From: Lama glama
Taxonomy: Eukaryota
Direction: 5' to 3'
DNA length: 64,000 bases
Assembly (NCBI GenBank): GCA_028534125.1
Contig: CM052817.1
Span: forward strand, 84,570,001-84,634,000
Part shown: piece by piece, positions 1-12,150 of the stretch
Position numbering within the stretch: position 1 is the stretch's first letter
Layout: every line of letters begins with the position of its first letter
Program-made: the position numbers and the translations under genes
The notes under the pieces: model-generated
Databases searched by the model: none
Told to the model about the DNA's origin: nothing
What the model saw: only the letters and a program-made list of their open reading frames with translations

Positions 1-804
1 GCGTCATATTTTATCCACTATTACAAATGAACTAAGTGTGATAAATAATACAATTTAAAGAAATTAAGTATCAAAATTCTCCAGTTTAATTTGCTTGTGT
101 TACCAACTTTGAACGTTACTAATTTAAATTTTCAATTTTAAAACATCATTATTGGCAAGCTGAATTCTTAAGAGATACTTCTAAGATGTTCATTCCTTAA
201 CATTTTGGTCAAGGCAGTTTAGTTTTTGACCTTGTAAATATGACATAACGGCAAATATGTACTCAATTTAGACTGGATGAAAGGCACACATCTCTTGTGT
301 GAAAGGCAGTAAATTGTGGTCTGAATTGATGCTGATACTTTGCCATCTCCATTTTATGAGCACAATCCTTTAGCATATTATGAACAGTGCATTGAATATT
401 TTTAACATGAATCTTAACAGCTGGTCCTGAAATTAATGTTCTTTTATCTGACAACTTCCCCTATTAATAGAAATAGAGCTGAAAATTTAGATAAAGTTTA
501 GATTTATGGACAATGTTTAGGCTACCTTTAATAGTAGATTTTCTAAAAGTTGAGTAAGTCTGCATAACCTGTACAAATGGAAAAAGACAAACTTCTTCCT
601 TTTAACTGTGTAATTGTAAGTGTTTTGGGTCCCAGCATCACTCATTCTTAGCTATAGTCAATTAAGTAACCTGCAGTTTTCTGAGAATGAGCTACTAGAA
701 AATCACAAATAAGATTAGATAAAAATTACATTTTTTTTTAATTTGAAAATACCAGAACTGTCAACCTAACTTCAACTCTGTCATGATTCTTTTTGTTTGC
801 TTAG

Positions 805-853
805 GCACAGACAGCACCTGGTCTTACTGCTCTCCAGTGGTGATGCATTTGCA
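805..853 (+). other. Candidate 49-nt spliced exon of an unidentified gene
   Basis: Branch-point-like CTAAC at 766-770, polypyrimidine tract and acceptor ttctttttgtttgcttag, donor GCA|gtgagt at 854. More GC-rich than its flanks. Frames: AQTAPGLTALQW*, HRQHLVLLLSSGDAFA, TDSTWSYCSPVVMHL. Confidence 0.65.
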
Positions 854-2789
854 GTGAGTACAACACATCTTTACTCAATAAAATCTACCTTTGTTTTACA
901 ATGGCTATATTTTAAAATGTAGGTTTACATGATTTTGGAAATTTGAATATTTACATACTTGGTGTTTAACCTTCATTTCCTTCTCAAAGTTGGGGGAAGA
1001 GGAAGCAAAATAAGAGAGGCCAAGGACTTGAGTAGGGCTGAAATGCATGAGGCAAATATAGATACATTTTTTGATATATCACTGGTGTGGCTGGTATACG
1101 GGTAGATTATTAATATGGCTTGTTGTTTTACATGTGCTCTTGCACATTGTGTTTAATAATGATAACTGCTCTTCTGAGATTGAAGTTTCTATGCACTTCT
1201 CTAAAAGGAGCAGCAGAAAATAGTGTGTATTTAGTTGGAAAATTTCATATAAACTGAGGACACTTTGAACAATGAAGGTGGAATTTTTTTAAGAAGTGAA
1301 AAAATATTTCAAAATAACTGAAAAGTACAGTAAATATGACATCTACCACTTAGATCTAACATTCCCCATCGAAAGGATTTGACAGATATTAAAAAATAAA
1401 TCTTTATAGACACAGCCAATATCCTTCTCTTATCCCTTACCATTCCTTTTTTTTTTCTTCTTCCTACCTTTTCCAGTTTTTGTGACTTTCATTAGTCTAA
1501 AGTTGGTCAGTATCATTTCTATAATATTTTCTTGCTTTTCTAACATGTTTGTTTCCATAAAAATTGTTTTTTTAAAAAATATTTTAAAAGTTTGTGAAAT
1601 GGTCTGTTCTTAATGAATTGGGAAGAGCCATTAACTAAGATGTTTTTGTAAATATAATCTGGGTCAGTTATATATAAATAAATATGGCAAAAGTCAAATA
1701 TTTTGCAAAGTCATATATTTTGTAATGGTTCACATATCTTATTATAAGACATCAAATTATATGTTCCTCAACTGGTGGACAATCAGATTGTTTCCATAAT
1801 TTTTTAAAAAGCAACTTTATTATTGTAAAAATTATTTGTAAAATGCACATGATTTAAAAATCAACTAAAAGGCTTATAGGACTAAATACAATATTTCTTT
1901 GACTCATTATTCTTCACTGCAGTCTTTCCATGGGCAATGCTTTCAAGAGTTTTAGCTGCCTTTTCTAGTTTTCATATTGAAATACTAAGTCTGTGTTTTG
2001 GTAGTTCCTTTTTAATCGTTAAGAAAAGATACAGTAGATGATGTATCTCTTTTTTCTCACAGTAATGTATTCAGACATAAACTTTTTGTTGTCAAGGATA
2101 TCTCAGTCAAAGAGTGTGCTACGATTAGAGATTTGATCCTTTGCGTGGTCCATGACTATAGATTACAATCCTAACTTTGGTCAGCTTTTCACATTTGTAT
2201 TCTATTGGTTTCAAACTTTTCAGAAAATAAGGAAGCAAAGTAAAAACCAGAAGCCTGTTGTAAACTTGCTTACAGTGGTAGAAATACAAGATTTAAGAGC
2301 TGAAACAATGACCTGTCTATAAAAAGTGTAACACAGTATTGAGGAGTTCTTTTCTAACTCTAGAAGCAAAATTCTCAGTACAGGACCACACCTACTACAG
2401 GAACAGTGGTCTCAACCACTGGAGTTTACAAAGGATTGCACACTCTGTTAGGAAGTCTTGTTTTACTTTGATTTGTTATTTAAGTTTTGGAGCAAGGGGA
2501 AATAACAAAAATTGACTCAAGGTCTCTTGGCTATTTTGTTTAAGAAAAAGTAATGGGAGACTTTTTGAATTGGAGGACATTTGCATTATTGATCTTACAT
2601 CGTAAAATATTTCCAGGACTGTTATTTCAAAGTGGTAGTGAGTAGAAAAATTTCAGAAGACTAAGCATTGGCAATTAAAAAAAAAAAAAGAGAGAGAGAT
2701 AGAAAGGAAGATAATAGTCTTTTTCTTAATAGTAAAAGGATGATTTATTATCTATCATTTGTTTTCCTCAGAACCATGCTGGATATAGC

Positions 2790-3203
2790 CCTTTTTTTGA
2801 AAAAAAATATTGTAGTAAGAACAAAAATCATGAGATCTACTCTTTTAAATTTTTAAGTGTTTATTATGTTATTGTTGACTATTGGTATAATGTGCAGCAG
2901 ATCTCTAGAGCTTATTCATTTTGCTAAACTGAAACTTATGCTTACTGATTAGTAATTCCCCAATTCCCATTCCCCCCAAACCCTGGATTTTATTCTTTGA
3001 TTCTGTGAAGCTGACTATTTTGAGTACCTCGCATAAATGGAATCTTACCATATTTGTCTTTCTGTGGCTGGCTTATTATTTCACTTAGCATAATGTCCTC
3101 AAAATCCATCCATGTTGTTACATATTGCAGAATTTACTTCTTTTTAAAAGTCTGTATAGTATTTCACTGTATACATATACCACATTTCCTTTATCCATTC
3201 GTG
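2790..3203 (-). mobile_element. L1 3' end fragment (L1MA-like), 5'-truncated
   Basis: Antisense L1 3'UTR/ORF2-end text, e.g. cagatctctagagcttattcat, ttcacttagcataatgtcctc, atccatccatgttgt, ataccacatttcctttatccattc. Confidence 0.85.
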
Positions 3204-3264
3204 GTGGGGGAATAATCTTAAGAGAAATTGCAAGGCATGACTTATCTATTGAGTCGTCTTAGAT

Positions 3265-3463
3265 CAGCACTATCCAGCAGAATTTCCTGTGATTCTGGAA
3301 AATGTTCTGTATATGCTTTGCCCCAAGTGGTAGCCACTAGCCACATGAAATGTGGCTATTGCAACTGAGAAACTAAATTTTAAGTTTTATGTAATTTTAA
3401 TTAATTCAAATATAAATTTAAATTGCCAGGTGTGGCTAATGGCTACCATATTGGACAGTGAAG
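3265..3463 (+). mobile_element. MER3-like hAT-Charlie non-autonomous DNA transposon
   Basis: Termini cagcactatcca...ttggacagtgaag, internal gtagccactagccacatg, flanked by degenerate 8-bp NTCTAGAN-type sites (tcttagat / ttctagag). Confidence 0.85.
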
Positions 3464-4304
3464 TTCTAGAGAAAGTATCACATAAAGGTATGGCATCTTC
3501 TTTTTCCTTTTAAATATAATTGTGCTTTTTAATCTTTAATGTGTTTGAAAAGATATGAATATGACTAGCATTTCAATTGTGAAAGTGGAAAGGAGAGAAA
3601 AGTTATAAAAGGAATGTTTTAAGAAACCAATCTATATATTGTTTGAGAACTACTTAATCTGAAACAAGCTGCTGATTTAATACCATTAAATTATATATAG
3701 ATACATATAAATATATAAAATATGATAAAAATAAAAAATTTAACATATTCACACTAAGTTACATAAAGATATACTACTCACTTAATGTCATTAAATTCTG
3801 TGTATATATACTTATAGATACATGATATATTTTATATCTGATAATAAAGAATATGTGTACTAATATCAACTATAGAAGATGTGGGTATCGTAACGTTAAT
3901 GAAAATAAAGGAATAATTTCAAATTGTGGTGATCTTATGCACACTTACACTATCTATCAATAAAAATGAATTCAGAGTAATTAGGATACAGGAAAAAACA
4001 GAGGGAGTAACAGAGGGAAAGACCCATTAAAATAACTTGAGTCTCTTAGGACTAACAGGGTACTGCTTGATAAAGTGTGAAGAGAGGATAGAAGAAGGAA
4101 CAAAACAATTCTTGAATTTTCTCCTTTTGAATATTTTGCATTAGACTGAACCAGAATTGACAGAGGCTTGCTTTCACTAATGAGAGTTTAATTGTTTTGT
4201 GCAGTGTTCCAATAATGAAAATGCATTAATGACAATTGATATTCTTATAAAGTAAGACTAAAAAGGTTGAGATAGAATTTTCTACAAGGTAAATGATGAA
4301 CATT

Positions 4305-4520
4305 GGAGTTGAATGGACGTGGGTACAAATTCCTGCTTTGTTGTTTACTTGCTTGTGACTTTGGATAAGTGACTTAACCTTATCTGTGAATCGTAGAGAA
4401 TAAAAATACTCACTTCAAAGGTTTTTAGAGATGATGAAATGAGACAGTGAATGTCAGACACTCTATTAAATGTTTAATACATAGAGCAAGCTCTCAAATG
4501 GTAGTTAATATTAACTATTG
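4305..4520 (+). mobile_element. MIR SINE
   Basis: Core tgtgactttggataagtgacttaacct and 3' part gatgaaatgagacagtgaatgt...ctctcaaatggtagtta. Confidence 0.75.
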
Positions 4521-5249
4521 ATGAAAATATTAAAAGAAATATAAATTAGAAGAAACAGAGCATTGCAAATTCTATGTTCTGAATTTCAAGTATGGTGATG
4601 AAAATGTAACTTAGAAAATGCTTATGAGAAAGAGATACCATCCAAATACAGATGAATGGAGGTATGGAAAATTTCGAGGGAGAAGTAAAATTTATGAATT
4701 CGAAGTAAGGAGGTTATTAAAGAAGGTGTGAAAATGTTATTATAATTTAAAATCTCAGGAGGAAAGTTATTGAAATGGAGAAAATGATGCTTTAAAAAAA
4801 TGAAGATTTATGGAGTAGGAAAGAACCCTGAGTTGATGGGAAGTAGAAATGGAGAAAGTCCTTGGTTGTAGAATTCCCAAATGCTCTTGGGCTCCCTGGG
4901 AACAAGACAAAGCTAAAATAACCCATCACAATCACTGAGTTCTACATACAAAAGGGATAAAGTCCATAAAAAGCTTATCTGAAGACTTTTTCATACAGGG
5001 TAACATACCAGTCATGAAAGAAGAAATTTTAAGGAGTAGCAAGAAATCAGAAATCAATAAGACACATATATGCTTTATATCTACTATATAAAAAGCTTTC
5101 TCCTAATCCATTTCCATAGCATTCTCTTAAATCTTTTCCTACTTGATTTCTAATAGGAAATCTCTACACTTGCAGCTCCTCTTTCTTAAATGTGTTTGTC
5201 TCTTAGACTCCTGTATTTTGGTTTCTGTCTGTTGACGTTATCTTGTTCA

Positions 5250-5720
5250 ACAGACTTAATGGCATCTTCTCATTTGTCTTGATTTCTATGCAGCATGTGA
5301 CATTGATGATCATTTCTTTCTTCTTGAGATTCTTTTCAAACTCCTCCCAGTTCTCCAATTAGTCCTTTCTGATCTCATTATTTTCTCTATTCTGGGTCTT
5401 CCAACTTTGTCTTTTCTTTGTTTTTGCTTTCAGGCCTCTTGGTTTTAACATCCTCCACTATGGCCATCTGATCCCCTCTGATGTCTTCAACCTTCATTTC
5501 TATTCATATTTCTCCAACATCTGTATATATCTGGGCCTAAGTTGTCTCCAGAGCTTTAGTCGTACATTCCTGATAATGTTTGCTGAATATCTACGTCTGG
5601 GTGTCCTGGCAGCAACTCAAACTTAACATTACTGAAACTGACATATCAATTCCCAAGTTTTGGCTGTGTGCCAATATCTAAGACTGCACCATTATTTTCT
5701 AATTCAGGTAGACAAGAATT
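5250..5720 (+). mobile_element. L2 LINE fragment
   Basis: Pyrimidine-rich L2 text, e.g. gcagcatgtgacattgatgatcat and gcaactcaaacttaacatt...aaactga. Confidence 0.7.
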
Positions 5721-8700
5721 GCCTCTGTTCTGTTTCTCTTGCCTGTTATATGCAGTCAGTCTCCATGTCTTGTAACTTTGCGGAGTTTTCCCGTGAGGCA
5801 GTCTGTGAAGTACTATGAATGACCACTGCATGGAATCACTGTATTTTAAATCAAACTTAGCAAATGGTGATTAGAAGGTCCATTAGAACCCTAGGCATTC
5901 CCTGATAGGAGGTCAGTCATGAGAGGGAATAAGTATTGTAAATAAAGCCTGGCTGGACTTTTAAAGTAGGAAGTGTTAATAAATGAGAGAGGAAAGGGCC
6001 AAGGGCCCAGGAAACTGGGCATTCACATCATCTCCAACCTCTTGACAACTGCAGTGCTTGAGCCTTGCCTCTCAGAGTAGGTTCCTCCAGGTAGCTTTGT
6101 TTGAGTTCTGTGGATAGCAGTGTGGCTGTAAACACCTTTGAATATCCTAAAAGACTCCCAATACTATTTAGATATGAGTGGGACAAGAGAAAAACATTTA
6201 ATTAAAAATTACAGATATTATTTCTTTAATTTTCTTTTTCCCCTGCTAGGAAGCATTTGAAAAACATTTGAAAGGAGGTGATTTGAAGAGTAAATTGGGT
6301 CATGTGATTGGCCCAGAATAATGTATAATATAGTGTTGTATTTTGTGACCTCCCTGCTTTTCAAAACTGGAGGCGACATTTTGTCAGCTGTTTTCCTAAA
6401 CCATACTTCCTGGCATCTCAAGGTTATATTCTGGTCATTTGTTTTTTGAACTCCCTCACCTTCTCAAATGGATTATAACAATATAGTAAGACCCATTATG
6501 CAGTGTCTTTTTTAAGTAAAGCAAATGGATTTTTGCATCTTGCCTTACTGACAAGTTTGCAAATTGCCAATCTTTGCTCTTTTTTCTCCCTCCCAATTTT
6601 TCATGGTGGTAATTAAGGACTGTAAATTTCACTTTATCATTTGTGTTGGGAATAGTAGTATAAATCATAGTAATAGCACCGTTTATTTCAGTAATGCCAG
6701 CCTGCCTGCAAATCACTTGTAAATTGGTTCCATGGATGTACCTCTATCAAATTAATCAAAAAACCACCTGCATACATTTCATGAGCTTATTTCAAAGGCT
6801 TAGTAACAGTGAGGAAGAAAGACCATTGCTGACCTTTCCATTTTTGTTTATTTGTGTGTTCTGAATGGCACATGCATATGTTTTCATTATGAACCCTGGC
6901 TAACATCTAACTGAGCTTTTTATGTAATGCTTTTTTTTTTTTTTGAAACACAGGTTGGGATTTGTGCCGCAAATAATATGCCTACCCAATGGTCCTACTG
7001 TGGTCCTTACACAGTAGTAGTAATGTTTGATTGGACATAAAATTGTGAACCATTTAAGAATTTGTGAGAAGTAATACTTTTGTGCTGAAAAAAGATTTTT
7101 CAAGTGAGCATAATAGTTTTCAACATTGGGAAGTTAGACAACAGTCACTTATGTTTGCCCCTTGTACCCAGGGTGGTGATATCAGTGTGTTATTCTGAAT
7201 ATGGAGGAAAAAAATAGAATCTTTTCTTATGTTCTTGCTTATGCTTTCTGGGCAATAGCTAAGACAACTCCAGTTCATGTGAGGCTGGCTCCAGTGCACT
7301 GTTTATATAACATACTGAGTTCTTTCCTCAATATGGCGTGTTCTTTGGGAGACTTCCTGATGTCCAGCTTGCTTTTTACATGTTGGTCCTGCCCTAATAG
7401 GAGAAAGGGGAATTTAAATTTAGTAATGGTGTATCCTTAATCTTGTTCTGAGTAAGACATTCTTAGGGGAAAAAAATACAGGTTGTTTATTTTAATTTTA
7501 CATTTGGAATTACAAAAATGCGACAATCAAGTTCTGGGCTCAAATAAGAGAAAACATAATAGTAAACACGACATATACCTTCATATTTTTATGTATGCTT
7601 TCCTTCTATTTCTGTTTCTGACATATAAACTTGGCTTTGAGAAATGATTATCTGCATCAGATTCAATATTTCAGTGGGTTTTCATTGTAGAGTCTTTAAG
7701 GTTAGCATAAGAAATCAAAATTAAGTATGGGGGCTTAACTTTCATAAGCAGCTTGCTTTTGCATCTAATTAAGAAGATAATGACAAGTTTCCTTTAAATT
7801 CTTAGCAGTTACAGTATCTAGTTTTAGTTTCTGTATATTCTCCACTCTAGTCTCTACTATTTAATAGTCTATATTGAAGACTTCACACTTGGGAAGTTGG
7901 AATAGTCTTTTAAGGAAATCCAGTCACTATTTTTCTCTTCCTCTCCCTGGGTGAACTTGTAACTGGCAATAATTTACTTCGAAGAATTTCTTTTATTGGA
8001 AAAAGAAGAGACAGAAGCACCAGATGGCCTTGAATCTTGCTATTCTCTAAAGGAATTAGTCTAAATATTTTATTTCTGTGTAGCAAAATTAGAAAACCCC
8101 AGAGTAAGCTTAATACATTTTGAAATATTTGTTAAATAATTCTTTCAGTAACCATTTTAGAATTTAGTCCTAAGTATATATGCAATAATTCTCATGGAGA
8201 AAAACGTTTGGAAAGCAGTGGATTAAAATGTCAGGATACTAAGTAGAAGTTTGAAAGAGTGACAATTCTGATTATTATGGACTCTTTCATGTGTGTGGAA
8301 GAAGCTAGTGTTGAAAACATCTGAAAGGGTACCCACAAAATAATACTGGCTTATCTATAGACCCATCCATGAAAATATATTTGTAAATGTGTTTATAAAT
8401 AATATAAGATCAAACATATTTTCATTGTCTAGGGTTGCAGTAATCCATTTTACCATATTAATGTGAGAGAGAGTAAATTAAAGTTAATTTAGCCACAGGG
8501 AAATTTTTTAGCCTATTGGATTTACTCTATTTATGAGACTTTAAAATATTTTAGTGTTATTTCTTAAACAAAGATAAAAAGCAATAAAATTGTGTTGAAA
8601 GCTATCACATTTCATTTAACAATAAACATGTGATTAACTGATAAGTGCTCAAAGATGGGGGAATAATGATCTTTTATTCTACTCCTTTCACCTCTGTTCT

Positions 8701-9207
8701 CTTCTAAAATAAATCATTTCCAGACTGTCAACAAGCATGAGAAATGTCTAGCTAAAGACCTTTCTTTCTCAAAGACACTGAAAAGAAGGCCTTAGAGTGA
8801 AAAGTGCCATAACTACAATAGTAAGTGCATTCTACCAAGAATAAATAAAAATTGCAAAGCCTGACAGTGAAAAATACAGAGAGGAATTCAAGTGACTAAA
8901 GCTCTAATAAAGGATAAACCTTGTTTGTGAGGAATCTGTTCCAGTAAGAAATCGATCTAGGAACCTCTGCATACAAAAGCAGCTGGGCAGTTTTTTGAGC
9001 TGTAGGAAACATGCTGCTGAGACCAGTAATCTTAACTGGGCAGTGGTCTGCCAACAGGTCTTTCAGGCCTCAGCAATGACATCTGCCTTGGTCTTTTTCT
9101 TCACAAATTATTAGACCCTGAGTCTATTTATTCAGAGAGTAGCTGCCCTAAATCAGTGACAATCACATTGTCATTAAAATAAATTCGGTACTGTATTTTT
9201 TTTACAG

Positions 9208-9270
9208 CTCTATTAACTTTACCATTTGACTTTCTACTTTGTAAAAGAAGAAAAATGAAAATTGAGAACT
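9208..9270 (+). other. Candidate 63-nt cassette exon
   Basis: Acceptor ctgtattttttttacag, donor ACT|gtgagt at 9271; only the phase-1 frame is open (LLTLPFDFLLCKRRKMKIEN). Confidence 0.3.
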
Positions 9271-9604
9271 GTGAGTATATTGTTTGTTAAGTGGATGCCA
9301 ACCAGATTAAAATCCCATCAACAGTAGTGGAGGCAACAGAAATAAAGTGACAGATTTAAAATGCTGCTGTCCATTTAAGTGTCAAATAGAGTTAAGTGTT
9401 TTGCTGAATTCTTAAAATGGTTTGGCTCCATAGTACCTAGCATAATCAGCACTGAAAATTGGAACATAATTTTGTCTTGATATGTGGAGAAAGGTATGTG
9501 CACTTGAGGACTGAACGAATTGCTACTGAAAGTGGTATGTTAAAAATGCCTTTCATTAATGAAGACAAAATTAGTTATTTGAATGTATTTATTAGGCAGA
9601 ATTG

Positions 9605-9738
9605 AATTCATTCATTCATTCATTCATTTATCAGACTTTCACTGAGTATCTTTTATGGACCTGACTGTGTTAGGGGCAGAGGATACAAAGTCAAATAATG
9701 TACTGTCTCTGCTGTCTTGGAGCTTTCACTCCAATGAC
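9605..9738 (-). mobile_element. L2 3' end with (TCAT)n tail
   Basis: ttcattcattcattcattcattt followed by cactgagtatc...ggatacaaag...ggagctttcactc. Confidence 0.75.
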
Positions 9739-10391
9739 ATGTATTCACTTTTTCAAAATGTTTTGTTAATTTAGTTAACGCTGATTGGATTTCTTACAAA
9801 CCAAGTTTTCTCTGAATTATTTTTGGGATATATATTTTCTTAATATCTGCTTTAAATATCTCTGCTTCTATTTTGGAATACAAAAATAAAAAGCAAAGCA
9901 AAACGGAACAGCAAATACCACCAAGCCATGCTACTACACTAGGAGTCTGCAAAATAAGGAAATCTTCTTAGCTCTGAAAAGAAGAAAAAACTTCTCTTCC
10001 ATGTTAAAGACTGTACCTTTCCTTCTAGAGTGGTTCTTTGGGTTAGAAGTTCATTGATATCCTCATGCCACCTGCAAAATCTGGCACAATGTTAATATAG
10101 TAATACATTTCACACTTTTAGCTGTAGGTATACAATTTTACAGCACATTATTGTACAGGTTTAAATAAGAAGAATTTAATCTCTAAATGAGAACCATTAC
10201 AACCCTTCCCAAATTGTAAATATTACTGTTTAAAGAAAGAAAATAGGCTATTAAAATGCATTGAAATCACCAATGTCAACTTTCAACTTTTCTGGCTCAG
10301 TTTTACCTGTATTTAATATTATAAGTTCTAATCTTATTGAACACTCTTGGGATTATGTATGCGGCTTAATAAATATGGGGATTCACAGGCC

Positions 10392-10520
10392 GATTCATTT
10401 ATGCAACAAATATTCTGCAAGCATTTATCATGTACAGGTTGTTGTTCATGTGGTTGCGGCTACGTGTGTGAACAAGACAATCAAAGCTCCTTCCTTGAAG
10501 GAGCTCACATTCCAGGGGTA
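10392..10520 (-). mobile_element. L2 3' end fragment
   Basis: attcatttatgcaacaaatatt...gtgaacaagacaa...ggagctcacattccag. Confidence 0.75.
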
Positions 10521-11694
10521 ACTAGCCAAGAGTTCAGGTGGGGAAAATCCTGATGATTTTGTCCCACAGAATGAACTATCTATCTTCAGGAAATGAAACA
10601 CTGCAGTGTGGGACTTAAAAACACATACATTTACTCTTTTAACTGATATTTAGTATGTACCTACTATGTCTACAGCATTGTTCTAGGCATTGGATCTTCC
10701 CTTAATATTCAGATTTAGGAGATCTTGAATGGATCCTAGGAATTTATCTTTTTTGTAAGCAATCTGCGTAAATTTATAACCACACAAATTTTTTGAAATG
10801 ACCACCTTAATCAGTTCCTTTTGAATGTAAGTGATCTTAGCTAGGTTTGTAATAAGAACTACATGGCAGAAAATTCAGTGGGTAGCAACAGCAAGCACAC
10901 TATGATGATGGCTTCTGTTCTGTGCTGCTGACTGATAGAAGACTGTTGCAATCTTAATGAGACAAAATTGATGGCCAACATGGTATTTCAGGGGAAACAT
11001 TGAAGAGCTTCTTATTTTCTTGCTGGAATGAAAACTCACCCTACTTAAAAAGAAGCTGTGCAGGAATGCCTCCTTTGGAGCCAAGGCTTTTCTCAAAAAA
11101 GCAACTCTGGTTCTACTCAAAGGCTTAAATAAGCACTTGTTTGAAAGTGTATAATTAGACGCCATAAAACTGGATGAGATTGGTCTGCAGTATTTTGAGG
11201 ACCAGATTTTAATGTGGCTCCTGAACCAGGTTTAAATTTTTCCAATGAAAAAAAAATCCAACCATGAGCAATTTAGTAGGAGAAATTGGAGTAGGGTTTG
11301 AGAGGGTAGGCCGCAGGCTAACGCGATGCTGGGGTTTGGGGAAACAAGGGAGCTCTCCCTTGTGATAATATGTAAATTTCATACTGGTGCCCTCCTGCAG
11401 CTACTATATCTTTTGCTTCACCACTCAGGGCAAAATTTAAAGAATTTAGCCACAGTGTATCCAAATATTGGGAGGTGGTAGAAAGGATGGGAGGGGGAGC
11501 GAATAGCCCAGAAATAGCTACCTCAATGTGTGACAAGTGCATTTACAATTTTTCTTAGGATCTTGCCTGCTGCCTAATATTACAGGACACTTGACAGAGT
11601 CACTTTGGGAAGGAAGAGGGATGATAGTGTGAAAAATTAAAGGTGTTAAATCAACCACAGTTATAGAGTTCCCTGTGAATAGATACTTCTATAT

Positions 11695-11830
11695 ACTCAT
11701 TTATTCATTCATTATTTGGCCTAATACTCATTAATCATTCAACAAACGTTAAGTGGGCTAGACAATGGGACTATGCTGGTGTACAGGGTAGACCTCATGT
11801 TTGACCTCTTAGAATTGTATTCTCAAGCAG
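11695..11830 (-). mobile_element. Degenerate L2 3' end
   Basis: tcatttattcattcatt...cattcaacaaac followed by weak L2 3' text. Confidence 0.5.
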
Positions 11831-12039
11831 AAGGGAATAGCAGATGATAAAAATAAAGGTTATTTAGCTGGATAATGGTTTACTGCTATAGTCTGAGTTC
11901 TAAACATTAATCAGTTTTTCTGCAGCGCTTTCAGCAAATCAAAAATGTTATCCTGTCCTCTTGGTAAATTGGTAAAGGAATTTAAGATGCTTGCTTCAGG
12001 TGTCTGTTCATACTCAAGAGTCTGTTCTATGAATGTAGC

Positions 12040-12150
12040 TAGAATATCAGCTCTGTGAAGGCAAGGACTTTGTTTTGTGGGCACCATGTGCCCAGTTCCT
12101 TGAAAAGTGTCTGCCACAGGGCAAGCCCTTAGTAAACACTCCTTGAATGA
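12040..12150 (+). mobile_element. L2 3' end fragment
   Basis: ctagaatatcagctctgtgaaggcaaggact...agtgtctgccacagggcaagcccttagtaaacactccttgaatga. Confidence 0.7.

Noticed and set aside
841..843. In-frame TGA as selenocysteine (ALQW-U-CIC)
   Set aside because: Does not match any selenoprotein I know and I could not identify a SECIS element downstream.
11384..11403. CTCF motif tggtgccctcctgcagct (also 44365-44380)
   Set aside because: Three or more mismatches in core positions.
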